Assembly (NCBI GenBank): GCA_964016885.1 | Contig: OZ024740.1 | Span: forward strand, 177,940,001-178,004,000 | Direction: 5' to 3' | Length of the DNA: 64,000 nucleotides | Origin: Eledone cirrhosa | Lineage: Eukaryota | In this document: positions 12,401 through 27,400 of the stretch, piece by piece | Layout of the letters: every line of letters begins with the position of its first letter | Position numbering within the stretch: the stretch's first letter is position 1 | Program-made: the position numbers and the translations under genes | The notes under the pieces: generated by a model | What the model was told of the DNA's origin: nothing | What the model saw: the letters and a program-made list of their open reading frames with translations, nothing else | Database searches by the model: none

Positions 12401-15400
12401 CCCACTCCCACCAACACCTCCCTCTCTCTGTAAAGTTGGTACCACAACATCCAGTCCAAATAAATGAGATAATGAGATCGAGATCGTGTAGGTGTCACGA
12501 GAAAAAAAACACACGGTCCACGCTGTAATGTGGCCGTGTAGGTAACACGGTAAATAATTCACAGTTCCACACTGTAAATGTGGTTGGTGTTAGGAAGGGC
12601 ATCCAGCCGTAGAAAACCTGCCAGATAGTCCTATATGAGCGAGACACAGTCACCCGACCAACCTTGCCTCAAGTGGGACAACTCCCGTCTAACCCATGCT
12701 AGCGTAGATGATGGACGTTAAACGAAGATGATGATGATGATGATATATATATATATATACCACAGCAAGTGATAAAATCTATACTGTATGCTAATGAAAT
12801 ACCTGTTAATTTTAGTGGTATTACTGTTATTTATATCAATGAGTTGCCTCCCATAACTCTGCTTCTCCTATTTATAAAAAGATAGCTTGAACCAGGAATG
12901 TGCCATTTGCGTAGCCAAGCTAGGCAGTACCTATTCAAACAATTAAATACAATCGTGTTTCAGAAACCAAACAGAAAACCTGTACAGCAGGCACTTCAAA
13001 TGAAGCCATAGCTCACATCTGCTCTACATGTGGCTATAATTTCTATGTCAGAATCAGAATCACCAGACATTGATAGACACTAAACCCATACTCAAAGTCA
13101 TAATTTTCATCAATTATTGATAGGTGAACATGTGTGTGTATAAGTAAATATTTTTGTTGACAAAATATTTCTGAATATTTATTTGTTCATTGTGTTAAGG
13201 GTCCTTGTTGAAATGGGCCCAAATCCTTCAAAATGCTATGTTAGTTTTCGGTCTGTGCTGAGAAGGGAGTAGAAATGCTAACAACCATACCTTCATTAAT
13301 CAAAATTGCTACAGAAACAATGACTAGATACCTGGCCTGAGAGTAGGCCCATGAATGGAGATCTCTCACCACCCAATACTGCATGGAAAACCAAAGTAAC
13401 TAAAGAAGAAGAGTGCCTACTGCCAACATTAATGATTTACTCATCCTAAGTGTTTTCACTGGGCCAATTGTGAGTTAGATATCTTGGTTACAGACAATGA
13501 ATGCAGTGCTGAAAGCAAAAGATGCACCAAGTCTCTCAGATAGTTTATCCAGTACTTTATTGACTCAATCATTTGGGATCTATAACTATACAAGCCATAT
13601 CAAATGAAGATTAAGGTGATATGGTGAACAGACATGTATTGGCAACTCATTATAGTGTAGGACAAATGATTTGTGGTATTTGTTTCAGGTTACTATGATT
13701 TGTGTTCATGTTGTGCCAAGGCCAACCTTGCCTTTTGTTATTTTGTGTTCCATGACCAGGACAATGGACTGGTGGAACTGGTAGTGTTGAACATGATGCA
13801 TTGCAGTATTTGTTCTAGCTCTTTACTTTTGGAGTTATTGGGTGTTAAACTTAATTTGTCACGTTGTTTAACACTACCTGGTCCTTTGTTACAAGATTTC
13901 TAGCTAGGCTTCTGGTTTCAGGATAATGTTTGTCCTTCATTCTGCCAGTCTTATAAACCCTGGAAAAAAATAAAGGGTCATGAGCACTGCTCCCTCCCAC
14001 TTCTGACTAAATGACAGAAAAAGATAAATGTATTTGATTCTAGAATCTTACTTGGCTTTCACTTCAGAGGTGATAACAATCTCACCCATTGCGAGAGGAG
14101 TTGTGGCATTACCAATCAGATTTATATCTTCAATAACACCATTACCATTCATTAGCTTTATATTCCCCTGCAATGAGAAATTACCATAACTGAATATGAT
14201 TTTCAATTCTATTTGTCTGTAGTGATACATGGCATGACCTGGTCATTTTAAACCTGGCAGATCCCAACCCCTTCCAGGTCTGAACGCAGCACATTCCTGT
14301 CAGAGAAAGAGGGGAAGAATCGACCATACCACAGGGCTGGAACTTTATAAATTGATATCAAAAGGATGAAAAGTAAAGTTGACTTTGGCAGGATTTGAAC
14401 TCAGAGTGTTGTGAGCCAACACACTGGTATTTGCAAATCAAAAGATCACATTCAATGATGTAGTTTCTTTCAGACTTTGTCTGAAAACACAGAATTATCA
14501 GAGTTGGAAGCCATTTGATCAGAGGTCTTCTAGAGAAGGACTGCCCATGAGGTTGATGAATCAATTATCCTCAAATATGTTGATAGCACTGATAGTATTC
14601 TTGCTCTTGAGATGAGACTAATGACTATCATTAAAATCATCATCACTTTACGTCTGCTTTTCCTTGCTTGCAAGGGTGGGATGGGTCCTCTTCAGTGCAG
14701 CATCTCTCCATTCATCATGGTCCTTCATCATTTTCTCAGTAAGCTTCAGCGATCTGAGGTCAGCTCTCACCATCCCCACTCATGCGTTTCATGGTCTTCC
14801 TCTACTGCGTCTTTCTTGGCACTTCTTCACCCTGCGGTCAGCTTCCATGCGCAGCACATGGCCATACCAATGCAATCTTCTTTCTTGCACACTACAGTTT
14901 ATTCCTGTTATACACAGTTTCCCTCTCCATGCTTGCTCGATCCAGCACATTGACATTGCATATTCATCGGAGCATGCTTGCTTCATTTCTCTCTAGCCTT
15001 CGCATATCCTCCGCAGTTGCTGCCCATGTCTTACTACCATGCAACATCGCTCATCTCACACAGGCATTATACAACCTTCTCTTCCTTTTACCAATCTCAA
15101 GGGTTAGGGGCACTGACTGCCCTTCCCTCCTTGGCTAAATAGCAAAAGAAAAAAGAAAAAAATGATATCTAAAAACTCTTTTTTTAAAAAGATCCCACAC
15201 ATCCCATCACACACACAATTCCACTTCCAGCCACCCATTCCAACACACAAATACACCATTTCACTGCCCACTACCTACCAACTTATACAACTTCCAATAC
15301 TCAAACATACCCACTTGGTCCATTCAAAAAACACCTTGGTCAAGAAATAGTTAGGTAACCTTACTTTATATCCCTCTTCAAGTGCCGGCCTGTAGCAGAT

Positions 15401-18400
15401 GGGATAAAAAGCAGTATCATTTGCTGGCACTATCAAACTGTCTGGTCCAGAGAAGGGATCTCCTTCAACAATAGCTTTCAGTTTCCAAGGATGGCTGGTT
15501 GGATTTATCTGAAATCAATAAATAAATGAATTTCTTTCATTGTCAGCCAGAAATTTGAGGTGTTGTGTTAGTTGATTAAATCAACGATACGTTATTTCTT
15601 CTGCCCTACAATGGTGTGAAGCAAAGTAAAACTCAGTGGAATAAATGAATGAATGATAAATAAATATATGATGATGATGAATGCTTAAATAAACAGTTAA
15701 GTAAATATCTAAGAAAACCTTGAAAATTAAAATAAAACAGCCATGAATATAAAATAGAAAAAAAAAGATTTTTTTTCCATTTTAAATTTCCCTTGAGGAA
15801 ACTGAAGTTTTCGTAAGTAGGAAAGAAGAGAGGACCCTGATTCTATCAGAGAAGTGGCCTTGCTCGATATGAAGAAAAGATGCAGTTAAAACCTCTATAT
15901 GATTTACACAACATATCTTGAGTACACGAGATGTGTGGGTTAGCAGGCAGACAAACAAACATGGTAGACTTTGTATATGACAGATGTACAGGGATAGTTG
16001 ATAGTAAGAACATTAACAAAATAAACTTTTTCCAATATCAGGAAGGCTTCATATAGCTTTTGGTACCTAGGTGACCTAATTAACAGTGGCAAATGATGCT
16101 CTGTAAATGTAGTTGCTAGAATAAGGACAGGATGCAAAAAGTTCAGAGCTACTACCTCTGTTAAAAACAAAGGACCTCTCTACAAATAAAAGGCCTGCTG
16201 TATGATGCTTGCATGTGATGTGCAATGTTGCATGGTAGTGAGACATGGGCTGTGAATGCAGAAGATGTGAAAAAGCTGGAGAGAAATGAAGCGAGCATGT
16301 TCTGATGGATATTCAATGCAATGTTAATGTGCATGAATATGGATGAACTGAGAGAAGAAATGGGTATAAGAGGATTCAGATATAGCATGCAAGAAAGAAA
16401 ACTTTGCTGGTATAGACATGTGATGCATATGGATGATGACCATTGGGTAAATACATGCCAGGAAATACCAGTAAAAGGAAGACATGGGCAAAGGTTGTAA
16501 GAGGTGAGGCTGACAATGGTGATGACAAAGAAACACAATGAATGGAGGGCTGTTCATGGAAAAGTAGATATAAAATTGAGATAATGATGGCGATGATGAT
16601 GATATACAGAAAAATACAAGAAACCTTGAGAAATAGATGAGACCAAGGTCAGTTGGTCTTAGGCGAGATGGACTCAAACTCATCAATAAGTGAATGATGC
16701 TAGATATGAAAAGTTCATTTTACACTTACAATTGGGATTTCTTGTACTGTCTTCTGTAAAACAGGAGTCTGAAATTCTATTTCTATCTTGCCTCCTTTGG
16801 GATGAGCTGTGCATTCAAGTTTATATAGTCGTATGTCATCTTTTGCTGTAAGCAGAATCTGTGGAAGAGCAAAAAAAGAAAAGAAAAAGAGCTGGCAATA
16901 GACTTGGTATTCACTCACATCATTGTTTGACTGCAATAGCAGATGGCTACAATCCTCCTCTGCCCATTGCTGTTTTCATAATCAGTAGTGATCCCAAGGT
17001 CAGAAGATTAGCCCTAGCCATTTGGGGGATTTGAAACCTTAACCTTTTAGCATTTAAACCGGCCGCAGCCAGCCAAAATTCTCTCATCTCTTTCTATTCA
17101 AACCAGCTGTAACTGGCCACTCATACTGAAGTTAAGGTGTTGCTCTCAAAATAGATAATTTTCTTTTTATTTGCCACCAGGGCATCAAAAAGTGGGGCAA
17201 GTACAATGGGAGGAGTTTACATAAAAAGGCGTCCTCAATAAGGAGGAGGGAATAACAAGATATAAAAATAAAATAAAATATAACAAAAATAAATTTAATA
17301 ACAAAATCCTCAATAAGGAGGAGGCACCTTGGGGAGTCGCACACAGACCCCCCAAAAAAGTGTGAAACCCTTCTCCTCAGGAGCACAAAGAGGGGGTGCT
17401 CCCTTGATCTTTCATCTTCCTCACCTATAGTCTGATGTAGAGTGAAGGCCCATTCATACGGACCATTCTCGCCACTTTCACCCATCTTTCATAAAAACGG
17501 CTGGGGTGCAGCACCTCTCTCTCCATCCTGATCCTTCTTCCGAAATGATATCGGAAGAAACGGACCAGTTGTTGGCCAGAGAGAAAGGTGTCTGACCTCA
17601 GTCCTTTCAGACGCATCCACCATACAACCTCTTTCGCCATGGCTATTACGCACAGAAACACCGCCTCTCCTTCGTTTTTGAAGAGGGGAGGCGGCTTGAT
17701 CGTTACAATAGACTCGGTGATCAACCGTATCGGTCCCACCCTTGACAGCAGTTGTTCGACATAGCCCCACAGATAGGCAATTCCAAAGCAGTGTACCAAT
17801 GCGTGTGCAACGGTTTCCACGTCGCACACGCATCTGGGACAGATCTTTTTCAAGGGGTCCCTACCCAGGCGCCCGTGTCTGTAGAGCCTTTCTCGAACGG
17901 GCAGCACTGCCAGGTCAGGGACCTCTGGAAGTTATCCATGGGTCCCGGGCTGAATGTTCTACCGAACAGGTTGGCCAGTTCATCTTCCTCCATGCCTAGG
18001 GCTTCTCCAAGGGCGTCGTCGCACCTGCTAACCACCAGCCCTCTATAGAATGACAAGGTGGATTCTCCACTAACAGCTGGGTCCGCCTGCCAGAGAGCCG
18101 TGAGCGCCTGGGCACACTCGGTGTGCCAGTCGCCCAGTTTTCTCGGTCTTTGCTTGACCCAGGATTGCAGCTCGGTGAGTGAGACGAGTCTGGGAAAGGC
18201 TCGCCTCACAAACGGGCCCACACCGGTTGACCGGTGAGGAATACCTGGAGGTGCTGTAGCCTTAATGCATGTTTACATATCATTAGCCATGGCAGCCCCA
18301 GCCCTCCTTTGGAAGGGTGTTGACAGCAGATGGATCTCCTCACCATAGGAGCCCGCTTCTTCCAAAGGAATTGGAAGAGTGCGCGCTCCATTTTAGCGAG

Positions 18401-21400
18401 CGTTTCCCTTGGGCAAGGCACAACAGTCAGGCGGTAGTAGATGACGGGCGCTATATAAGTGTTCGCCACCTCCGCCCGACCTTTCAGGGACAGTTTGCAC
18501 TCGGCCCACTTCTGGGTCAGTGCAAACACCCTGTTCGTTACCTCACCCCAGTTCTTCCCCACCTGGAGGTCTGGTCCGAACCAGACCCCGAGCAACTTCA
18601 CCGGGCCCTCCGTCCAGCGCCCGACGACGCCATCGGAGGGCATCGATCTGCCCCTCCACGTGCCGAGTTGCCGACCGATCGACTTGTCCTGGTTCATCTT
18701 AGCCCCTGTAAACCTTTCGTACTCCTCCACCAGTAAGGTGCCGATCGCCCCGATTTCCGAGGCCGTCGACACCATTACTGTTACGTCATCGGCTGACACC
18801 GCTTTCCGCAATCCCGGTTCCAACGGGATGCCCTGGAACAACTCCAACTTCCGCAGCAGTGGCTCTAGAGTCATTACATACAGAAGGGAGGAGAGAGGGC
18901 ACCCTTGTCGGATGGACCGCGTGATTTCGAACGGCTCAGAGAGGTAGCCATTCACCTTGACCCTAGAGCAGATGCAGCTGCTGTGCATGGCATTGATCCA
19001 GCCCCTGAAAACGGTTCTGAAGCCTGCCGCCGCTAACACCGCATCCAGGTAACCATGGTCGACCCTATCGAACGCCTTAGATTGATCCAAGTTGATCAGG
19101 GCCCCACCAAAGCCGGGTTCGTTCCCAACCCTCTCTATGATGTATCGCATGAGGTGGAGGTTGTCGTGGATAGACCTGGACGGGATAGCACATATCTGCG
19201 CATCTCCCACCAGGTTGCCCACGACAAGCGCCAACCTCTTTGCTAGCACCTTGGCCAAAATCTGTAACTCTGTATTTAGCAGAGTTATGGGGCTGAAATT
19301 ATTTATATCGTCCCCCTTGTTCTCGTCCTTCCTCACTAGCATGACTACGCCCTTGGTCACAGCACAGGGAATTCTCCCGTTCTGTTGCCAGTTGCAGTAG
19401 ACCACCTCGAGGAGATCGGGGAACAAGTCCGGCATAGCTAGATATAGTTTGTATGGAAGACCATCGAGACCCGGGGATTTGCGTTTGCCGCATTGGCTCA
19501 GCACGTCCTCTATCTCAGAGGCTGAAATTGACTCCTCGCAGGACTTTGCCTCCCTGTCCGAGAGACGCGGCAGGCCGTCGAGGTATGGACCGAAGTCCAC
19601 TTCCCCAACCGGCTCCCCGCCCCTTCCAAACAATCTGGCAAAGTGCTTTTGAAAAGCTTTGCACATCTGCTTAGGCTCAAGGATCACCCGTCCATCCTGG
19701 TCTCGCAAAGACCGGATAGTGGATCTACTCCCTCTTTTGGCTTCTGTCACGCGGGCCTAGCTAACATCTTTGGTCCCCTCGTTTCCCAGAGCACGTATTT
19801 TGCTTCGGACGATGCAGCCTTTGTGTTTTGCGTCGAAGAACTGGCCCAGGGCCGTTCTCAATGCTAGCACTCTGGCCACGTCGCCGCTTCTAATTGCCTC
19901 TTCTACACTATCTACCAACTCCCTTTCCTTCCTATTTCTATTTAAGGCTAACTCCTTACTAAATTCTATAGAGGCTACTCTAATCTCTCTTTTGAGAGAT
20001 CCCCACCACCTGCTGTTGACGATGGCGCCCGTCAACCGCTCCTTAACTAAAGTGCTAATCCGGTCCCTGTAAGCCTTACTTGCCGGTAAGGACAAGTTGA
20101 GTTTCCAGTAACCGGGTCCCTGTCTATGCGTTCTGTCAAGGTTGACCATACAGGTCACTAACTTGTGGTCTGAATAGCCAACCATGCGCATTTTTGGACA
20201 ACTTAAAACGTCCTTATCCTTATTTCTAACTAAGAACCTATCTAGGTATGACCTAGATGATCCGCTGCGGTTTGCCCAAGTCCAGGTTGGCGCAGTCGGA
20301 AGATCTAGTCGAAATCTATCGGCCAGATCAAATCGACCGATTAACACTTTGAGGCTATTACACCCCTCTCTATCGGGACAGGCCCCTACGTAGTCCCAAC
20401 ATGCATCTAGGATACCATTCCAGTCCCCCACTAATAGCAAGGAGCGGGACGTCCCCAGAAAAGTCTCCAGACGATGGAAGAAGTCCGGCCGCATTGACCT
20501 GAAAGGGCCGTAGACGGCTACCAACCTAAACGCTCCGCCTTCACCACTGCCAAGGTCAACCACTAGTTGACCCTCCGGGTCCAAATGTACCGTCTGTGTT
20601 GCGAGACCCAGATGTTTTTGCAGCAGAACGACAACCCCACCCCCACCTCCGGGCTGACAGAGAGATGCGTGAATCTCAAAGTCATCAAAGGTGGGGGCTA
20701 GCTGTTTAGAAGCATTGCTTGCTTCCAAGTTGAGCCCAGGCCACGCGCATTTAGACAGCCTACTCTTAGCATAGCCATGTTGGTGGTGAAGAGAAAAGGC
20801 ACTTACCTCTCTGCATCCCGGGTATCGGGCTGCACAATTTCCATGAGGGTGGGGGGTGGGTTGTGGAAGTGTAGGGGCATCAGTGTGTTGTGCGGTTGGG
20901 GTGTTTGGAGTTGTGTGGGTGTTTGGGGAGGGGGTGGGGAAGTTTTTTAGGAGGACGCTGTTAATAGGCCCGACGCAGGGGGTGGCTCTACGTCCTCTTT
21001 AAAGTTGTTTTTTAGTGTTTTATATGTGTCCTCTGGGGCCTTAATCATCTTGAGGTGGGGGAAATCCCCTGCCTGGGTGAAGTTAGGCCCTTGGGTTTTT
21101 ACTAAATTGTTGTTGTACACAATGTTTAGCAGTTTTTTATTTCTTGTGTTTATGTATGTGTATGCATGTTTTTGTTTTTGTGTGGTGTTTTTTGTTTGGT
21201 GTTGTTGTGTGCTCTTTTGTGTTGGTGTCTGTGTTATGTTTTGGGGAGGGGTTGTTTTCATTTGTGTGTCTGAGGTGTGTTTTCTTTCTTTTCTTTTGAT
21301 TGTGTGGAAGTGGTCCTCCTCGTCTGACGACGAACGAGGGTCATCTTCCTCGTTGGAGGGGAGGGGTAGATTTTTGGGTTGTGTTTTGGAAATTGTTTTT

Positions 21401-24400
21401 TTTTGAGTGGGGGGGATGGGTTGGACATTGTTTTGTTTTGGTTTGAGCTGTGGTTGTTGTTTTTGTAGTGGTGGTTGTGGTGATTGTGTTGGTTGTGCAG
21501 TTGTTGGTGGTGTAGGCAGGATTGGTTTTTTTTTATTAAGTTGAGGACAGACAGCCCTCAGGTGACCTCTGGCTCCACAGTAATGTTGATAAAAGTTTGA
21601 TGATCCAGTATGACGCGTTCAGGGATCTGGGCGATCCTTTCGGGCCTCATTTGAACTACAAGTTCGAGGCTCGTTCCACTGAACGCGTCACCCGATGCTT
21701 TTCCCATGGATATTAGTGTGTCATCGTCTAGGTTCAGGAAACCTGTCAATACCCACCATATGTCCATAATCGGCAGGATGGTGTGAATTTTTATTTTTTG
21801 TGTCATTCTACCCATATACGTAGAGTAGAAGGTGTATGCGGTGGATGTAATTGGTTTTATGGACAGTTTCGCTGCCGTGTCCCTGTCCTTAAAGAGAATG
21901 GATAGACTCCCGTAGAGTCTATCCTTCTGAATGAATATGATGTCTTTCATGACATCTTTTAAAACCAGCTCTATCTCACTCTGTGATGGTTGAGCTGGTT
22001 TTTTGCTTTTGTTTGAGACTGTCCTAAACATGACAGTGTTTAGGAGTCTCTGGCTTTTTAGTTCCGGGGGGGGAGTGGATCGAAAATGATCCATTTTCCC
22101 CGTACATTATGTATTTTTTGGCATCTGCCAGTAGCTCCTTCGCTTTGGTTATATCTACTGGCAGATAGTCGAGGGTTTTCCTTGCCGTCTGGGCGAAGGA
22201 GACCTTTTCCTTGTTTGTGTTGCTGTTGTAGTTGGTGGTGTTGTTGTTATCATTGTTGTTGTTATCACAGTTATTGGTCTTGTTGTTGGTGTTGTTTTCG
22301 TTCATAGCATTGTTGTTGTTGTTGTTGTTGCTGGTTGTTTGGTTTGTTGCCATGGCAACGTCAAATTGCCGGTCAGCAGGTGGAGAAAATCTTTCCTCTG
22401 GCTGACCTTTGTCTTTGACATCTACTACTATGACAGTGGCAGGGGGAAGCTGTAAGCATATCTTCCCCTTTCCTCCTTCGAATTTTGGTGAAGCTTCAGC
22501 CATTTAAAAAAAATGTTGGATTTTCAAAAAAAAAACTTTTTGTTAACTATTTCGCCTAAAGGCGTAGAATATTTTGAGAGACTGACCAGATCAAAATTTG
22601 ACCTGGCAGTTCCTCTACAAAATGGTACAAAAATGAAGTTTACAGTCAAGAATTTCTATAGAAATTTAAGCAGAACTTACTCAGCAAGTTTCACGCGTGT
22701 GTCCACTCCAGAAGATAGATCTCAAAATAGATAATATCAAAATTTCATAGATTCGATATTATGAGAGATAAAGCCTTTACCATGAAATATACAATAGTAT
22801 ATCTAGAGTAATATAAATGCTAATGGGTTAACTGAAATTTGGACTCCAAATGTAAAGTGCCAGAACAGATACCACACAAGCCATCTCGTTTGACACCTTA
22901 ACAATTCAGTTGATCCACTGCCATGGACTGTTACTTTATTTTATCAATCAGTAGATGAAATATCAACAGAAACGAGGTGATATAGGCATACACCTGCAAA
23001 CATGTCAGAGAATGACAAAGCAACCATACTTTGGGATATGCAAAGTAAGATCAAGTACAATCGATGAGATGTTGTAGTCAAAGACCAGCAGGAAAAGAAA
23101 TACCACAAAATTGATGTAACACAGTATCCATTTGTTTGTATAATGCTGCATATAATGATAATAACAATGATAATGGGTTTTAATTTAGGCACAAAGCCTG
23201 CAAATTAGGTTAGGCAAGTCAACTACTTCAGCAGTACTTCAGCAGTTTTTTATTTACCTGCCTTAATAGGATGACAAGCAAAGTTGAACTTAGCAAAAAT
23301 TGAATTCAGAACATAAAATCGTAATTAAATATTACAAGTCGCTTTGTTTCTGCCAATCCCCTGCAGCAACAATAACAATAATGGTTTCTTATATAGGCAC
23401 AAGGCCAGCAATTTTAGGCGAGGGGAAAGTCGATTAAATCAACCCCAGTGCGTGACTGGTACTTTATTTTATCGACCCCGTAAGGATGAAAGGCAAAGTT
23501 AACCTCGGCGGGATTTGAACTCAGATCATAAAGGACCGTAACTCTATGCAGCAACAATAACAATAACAACAACAATAACTATGATATTAAATGACATATT
23601 CTTACTTGACATTCAAAATGTCCACTTAATTCAGCAGTAAATGTCACTGGTACCTGGAAATATTCATTTTGCAATCCAAGTATGTTCTCTGTTCAAAAAG
23701 ACATACAAAATAAATAAATAAATAAATAAATAAAAAATAGTAAAAATAATAGAAAAAAAGCAATAACAATATAAAAATTGCCTACATTGTACAATCCAAA
23801 CCAGTGCCTTCTCACTCCTGTTGTAAGAAAACTTCCTTGGTTGGCCTCACCATTTTCTGTTTGGTTTTAGTCATGTCAGGAGGCGTAGCAATACTCACCA
23901 TGCTTGGTCAATTGTGGATTGGTGAGGCTATTTAACCCATAGTGCAGCGGATGGCCTTATCAAATCCAGTCAGAAAGATGGAAAGCAAAGTTAACTTCAG
24001 CAAGTTTTGAACTAAATGTTCCTATGCTTTTTTATCCGAGGCTCTACAGATTCTGCTGAGCCACTAGTATTAGTCCTTGAACTAGTGTTGATCCCTAACT
24101 GACACAAAAGAAAGTAGGGAGGGAGGGTACAGTCTTCAATTATGATTCCATTCAAGATGCAATATATAATATATAGTGACTGCAATACATGGCTGATACT
24201 TCATTTCATTGAACCCCAGAAGGACAAAAGGCAATGTTGGCTATAACAGGATTTGAACTCAGAATATAAAGATTGTTTTCAAGAGAAGGAACAGCATTTT
24301 GCTTTTAAGCAATAGAGTACCTTTAGTACAGGTGGTAGACTTAATCTGTCACTCAGTATAGCATCAACACCTCATCCTTGGATGCTTTTAGCAGAGCCAA

Positions 24401-27400
24401 CTGTATTGCAATCATTTGGGTCAGGCCTCCAGTTTAAGGATTCCTTCCTTCCTTACTCCGACCAGTTTTGAAGGCTCTGAAAACAGTCATGAGCAATTCC
24501 CTACTCTATCTGACAAAACAGTAAAAAATAAACTGTTATTGTTTCATCTCTGGTCATCTTTGATCCAAATGACTTATGGGCAAAGAAGTTTCAACCATGA
24601 AAATCTTGTCTTTCGGTCATTTACTCACTCATCCTGGTTTATTTTCTGCCATTGCTTTCTGTTCAAATAACTCTCTGAGCAAGCAGAGACAATTTTTGAG
24701 TAGTGCTTAATATTTATTATTGTGGGATAATAAGCAGTAGGTGGGTGCTATGATAAAGTGCACTCAGTACACTATCAAAAGTGGTTGACAGATGAGTGGA
24801 GACATTCTAAAATCGAAATGACTCGTTTGTACTGCCAAAGACATAACAAACTCACTAGTTGTGGCAACATAATGAAATGAATCCAGTATATTCTATAAGG
24901 TAGTTGGTGTTAGAAAGAGCTTCTCATCATATAAACCATAGTAAAAAATATGATATATGAGTGAGATTTCGTCTTGTGACTCATCTAGAATGACAGTACC
25001 TCTGAATAAGAACTGACTTGGACCATGATGACTCATCCAATATACATCATAATGGAAAGAGGACATAAAATATTGATGATAATGATAATGCTGAAAGTAT
25101 GTAATATCACATTAATCAATGTGTCCTCAGATTTTTAAGCTGGTAGAGTGCAACAAGAAGGAAATTTGGCTACCATTTCTAGCATATGAACTGACCAATC
25201 AGAAGCTCCTTCAGAGTAAATGCTGATTTGTTTTCCTGTAACTGAATTGCCCTTTCTTACTTCAACTCACTTAGCTTATGAAGTATCAAATGAAGCCTGA
25301 GTTGTCTATTATTTACAGAGTTACATTGGAAGCCCTAAGCCACTCATCTTCACACCAACACACACGTATAAACAAGGGGTTAGGAGGATCTTTCAGTTTG
25401 TGTCAAAAGACATGACAACTTCAACTCTGCACATGATAATGACTGTATGTAAGCAGGATACAGACTGCCATGGCCTTTCTGGGACGTCAGTGGCCCCGCT
25501 TCAGTACTGACTAGGTCTATGTAAACCTGTCCAACCATTGCTAGCAGGGAAAGCAGACATTAAATGATGATGATGATGATATACACCAAGAAATTCACAT
25601 TGAATCACAAGGTTTTAAGTTCAATCTCACTGTGTAACATCTTCAATAAGTGTCTTTACCATAGCCTTGTTAATGATATTGGCTAAATGGAAACTCTATG
25701 GAAGATTGTTGGATGGATTTGTTCAAGTGCACAAAAGAATGGCTGTTGTAGCAGTTGAACTTTGTAGGTTAGTAGTTATTTACCTAGTTCAAAGACATTA
25801 GTACAAGATAATTGCTAAATTTAGCAGGCTGACTGAGTCATTAGAGCTTCAGATAGAATGTTAAAAACTAGCTCCTGTTTTGAGTTCAAATCCTGCTAAG
25901 TTCAACTTTGCCTGTCATTTTTCCATGTTCAAAAAAATATGGTACTTTTTAGAGTACTGGACTGGTGGAGTCATTTGAGCTTTGGATGAAATGTTATACA
26001 TTCTCAGTTCAAATCATATTGCAGCCTTCTTGGGTTACAGACATATTTCACTGCCTAGTTTAATAACACTGTTCCTTAGAGGCCTTTAAGGGAGTCTATG
26101 CTGTTGCAAAGTCTCCAGTTTAAGGATACCACCCTCACTCATTAGTCTCAGAACCTATGGAAAGGGTTGTAGGCATTGCCCTCCTTCCTGTTTAAGCAAT
26201 AAGACCAAAGTAAGATATAAACTTAGGATTTTGTTGTCTGTAGTTCAGAGAGAAAATTCAGTGACTTGCAGTGAGATTTAAATTTTGTAATGTGCCTTGT
26301 TTGGGAATAGAAGGTAATGGCTATTGTGAGATTGTTCAGTATTTAATTTGACATTGTACCATTTCAGATGAAAATTCTTGAATTTTTCAGACAATCAATA
26401 ATGATAACGATAGTAACAAAGATAATGATGGTGATGATGATGATGATGATGATGATAACAAAATGTTGATATTTGCAATGATCATGTAGGCTATAATGTT
26501 ATTGTTAGCCCCAAGTCAGCCTTGAATGAGTAGACCTATGATCAAAAGTGTTCCAGCTGAGATGTTTTTTAACATTCATTTGTATATCTAGGACTACATT
26601 ACCAAATCTGTCTTTTTGTTAAGGCAGTGTGGTGAGATTTAAGGGGCAAGTTGACTACCATATTCAGCTGGCTATTTGGCCAGACAGAGACTTTTTAATA
26701 AAGTGGTTGTAATACCTAATATTTCTAATTTTACATAATTTCTATTTTTAAAGTATATTTTGATAACATACCTTTCCTTGATTCTCTTACTTCAAAGTGG
26801 ATTGAATTTGGAAAGCTGAAGTTTTTGTTACTATATTCAACATTGAATGTCAAAGTCTTCATTTCCTATTGGTAAAAAAATAAAATGAAATAAAATAAAA
26901 TACAAAAAAATTAAAACAAATATTTAGACACAAAATCAAAAATTTAAGGGGAGGGAAGGGTTGATTGGTACTTGATGATACTCTGTTTTATCAACCTCTG
27001 AATATGGGATTTGAACTCAGATTTTGCATGACAGTTTGTGAAAAAGCTGGCCCTTTGGATTACAGCTGGAGTAGCTTCAGAGGAATTCCATTTACATGAA
27101 GCATGCACTGTGCAGGTTTCCTTGAGAGTTTGAGTGTCTCAGGATTTGCAGCACTGAATTTCATTCTAGCCATGCAGCATTCGGCAAACCTATTAAGTGC
27201 AAGTTGGAGATCCCTTTCTATCGAGTTAAGTAATACCATGTCGTCTGCAAATTCCAGCTGACTAATTCTACACCTGCCAGTCATGATACCACTTTTGACC
27301 TGGCTGCACATGTCAATCCATCAGGATTGACATGCGCAGGAGAGTCTGATTCCCACATTGAATAGTTTTGATTTAGCACCATGTATCTGAACACAAATAC

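Noticed and set aside
13440-13830. Possible Gypsy/Ginger integrase remnant ([16 protein letters not shown], minus strand)
   Set aside because: A single short motif amid stops; too weak without a search.
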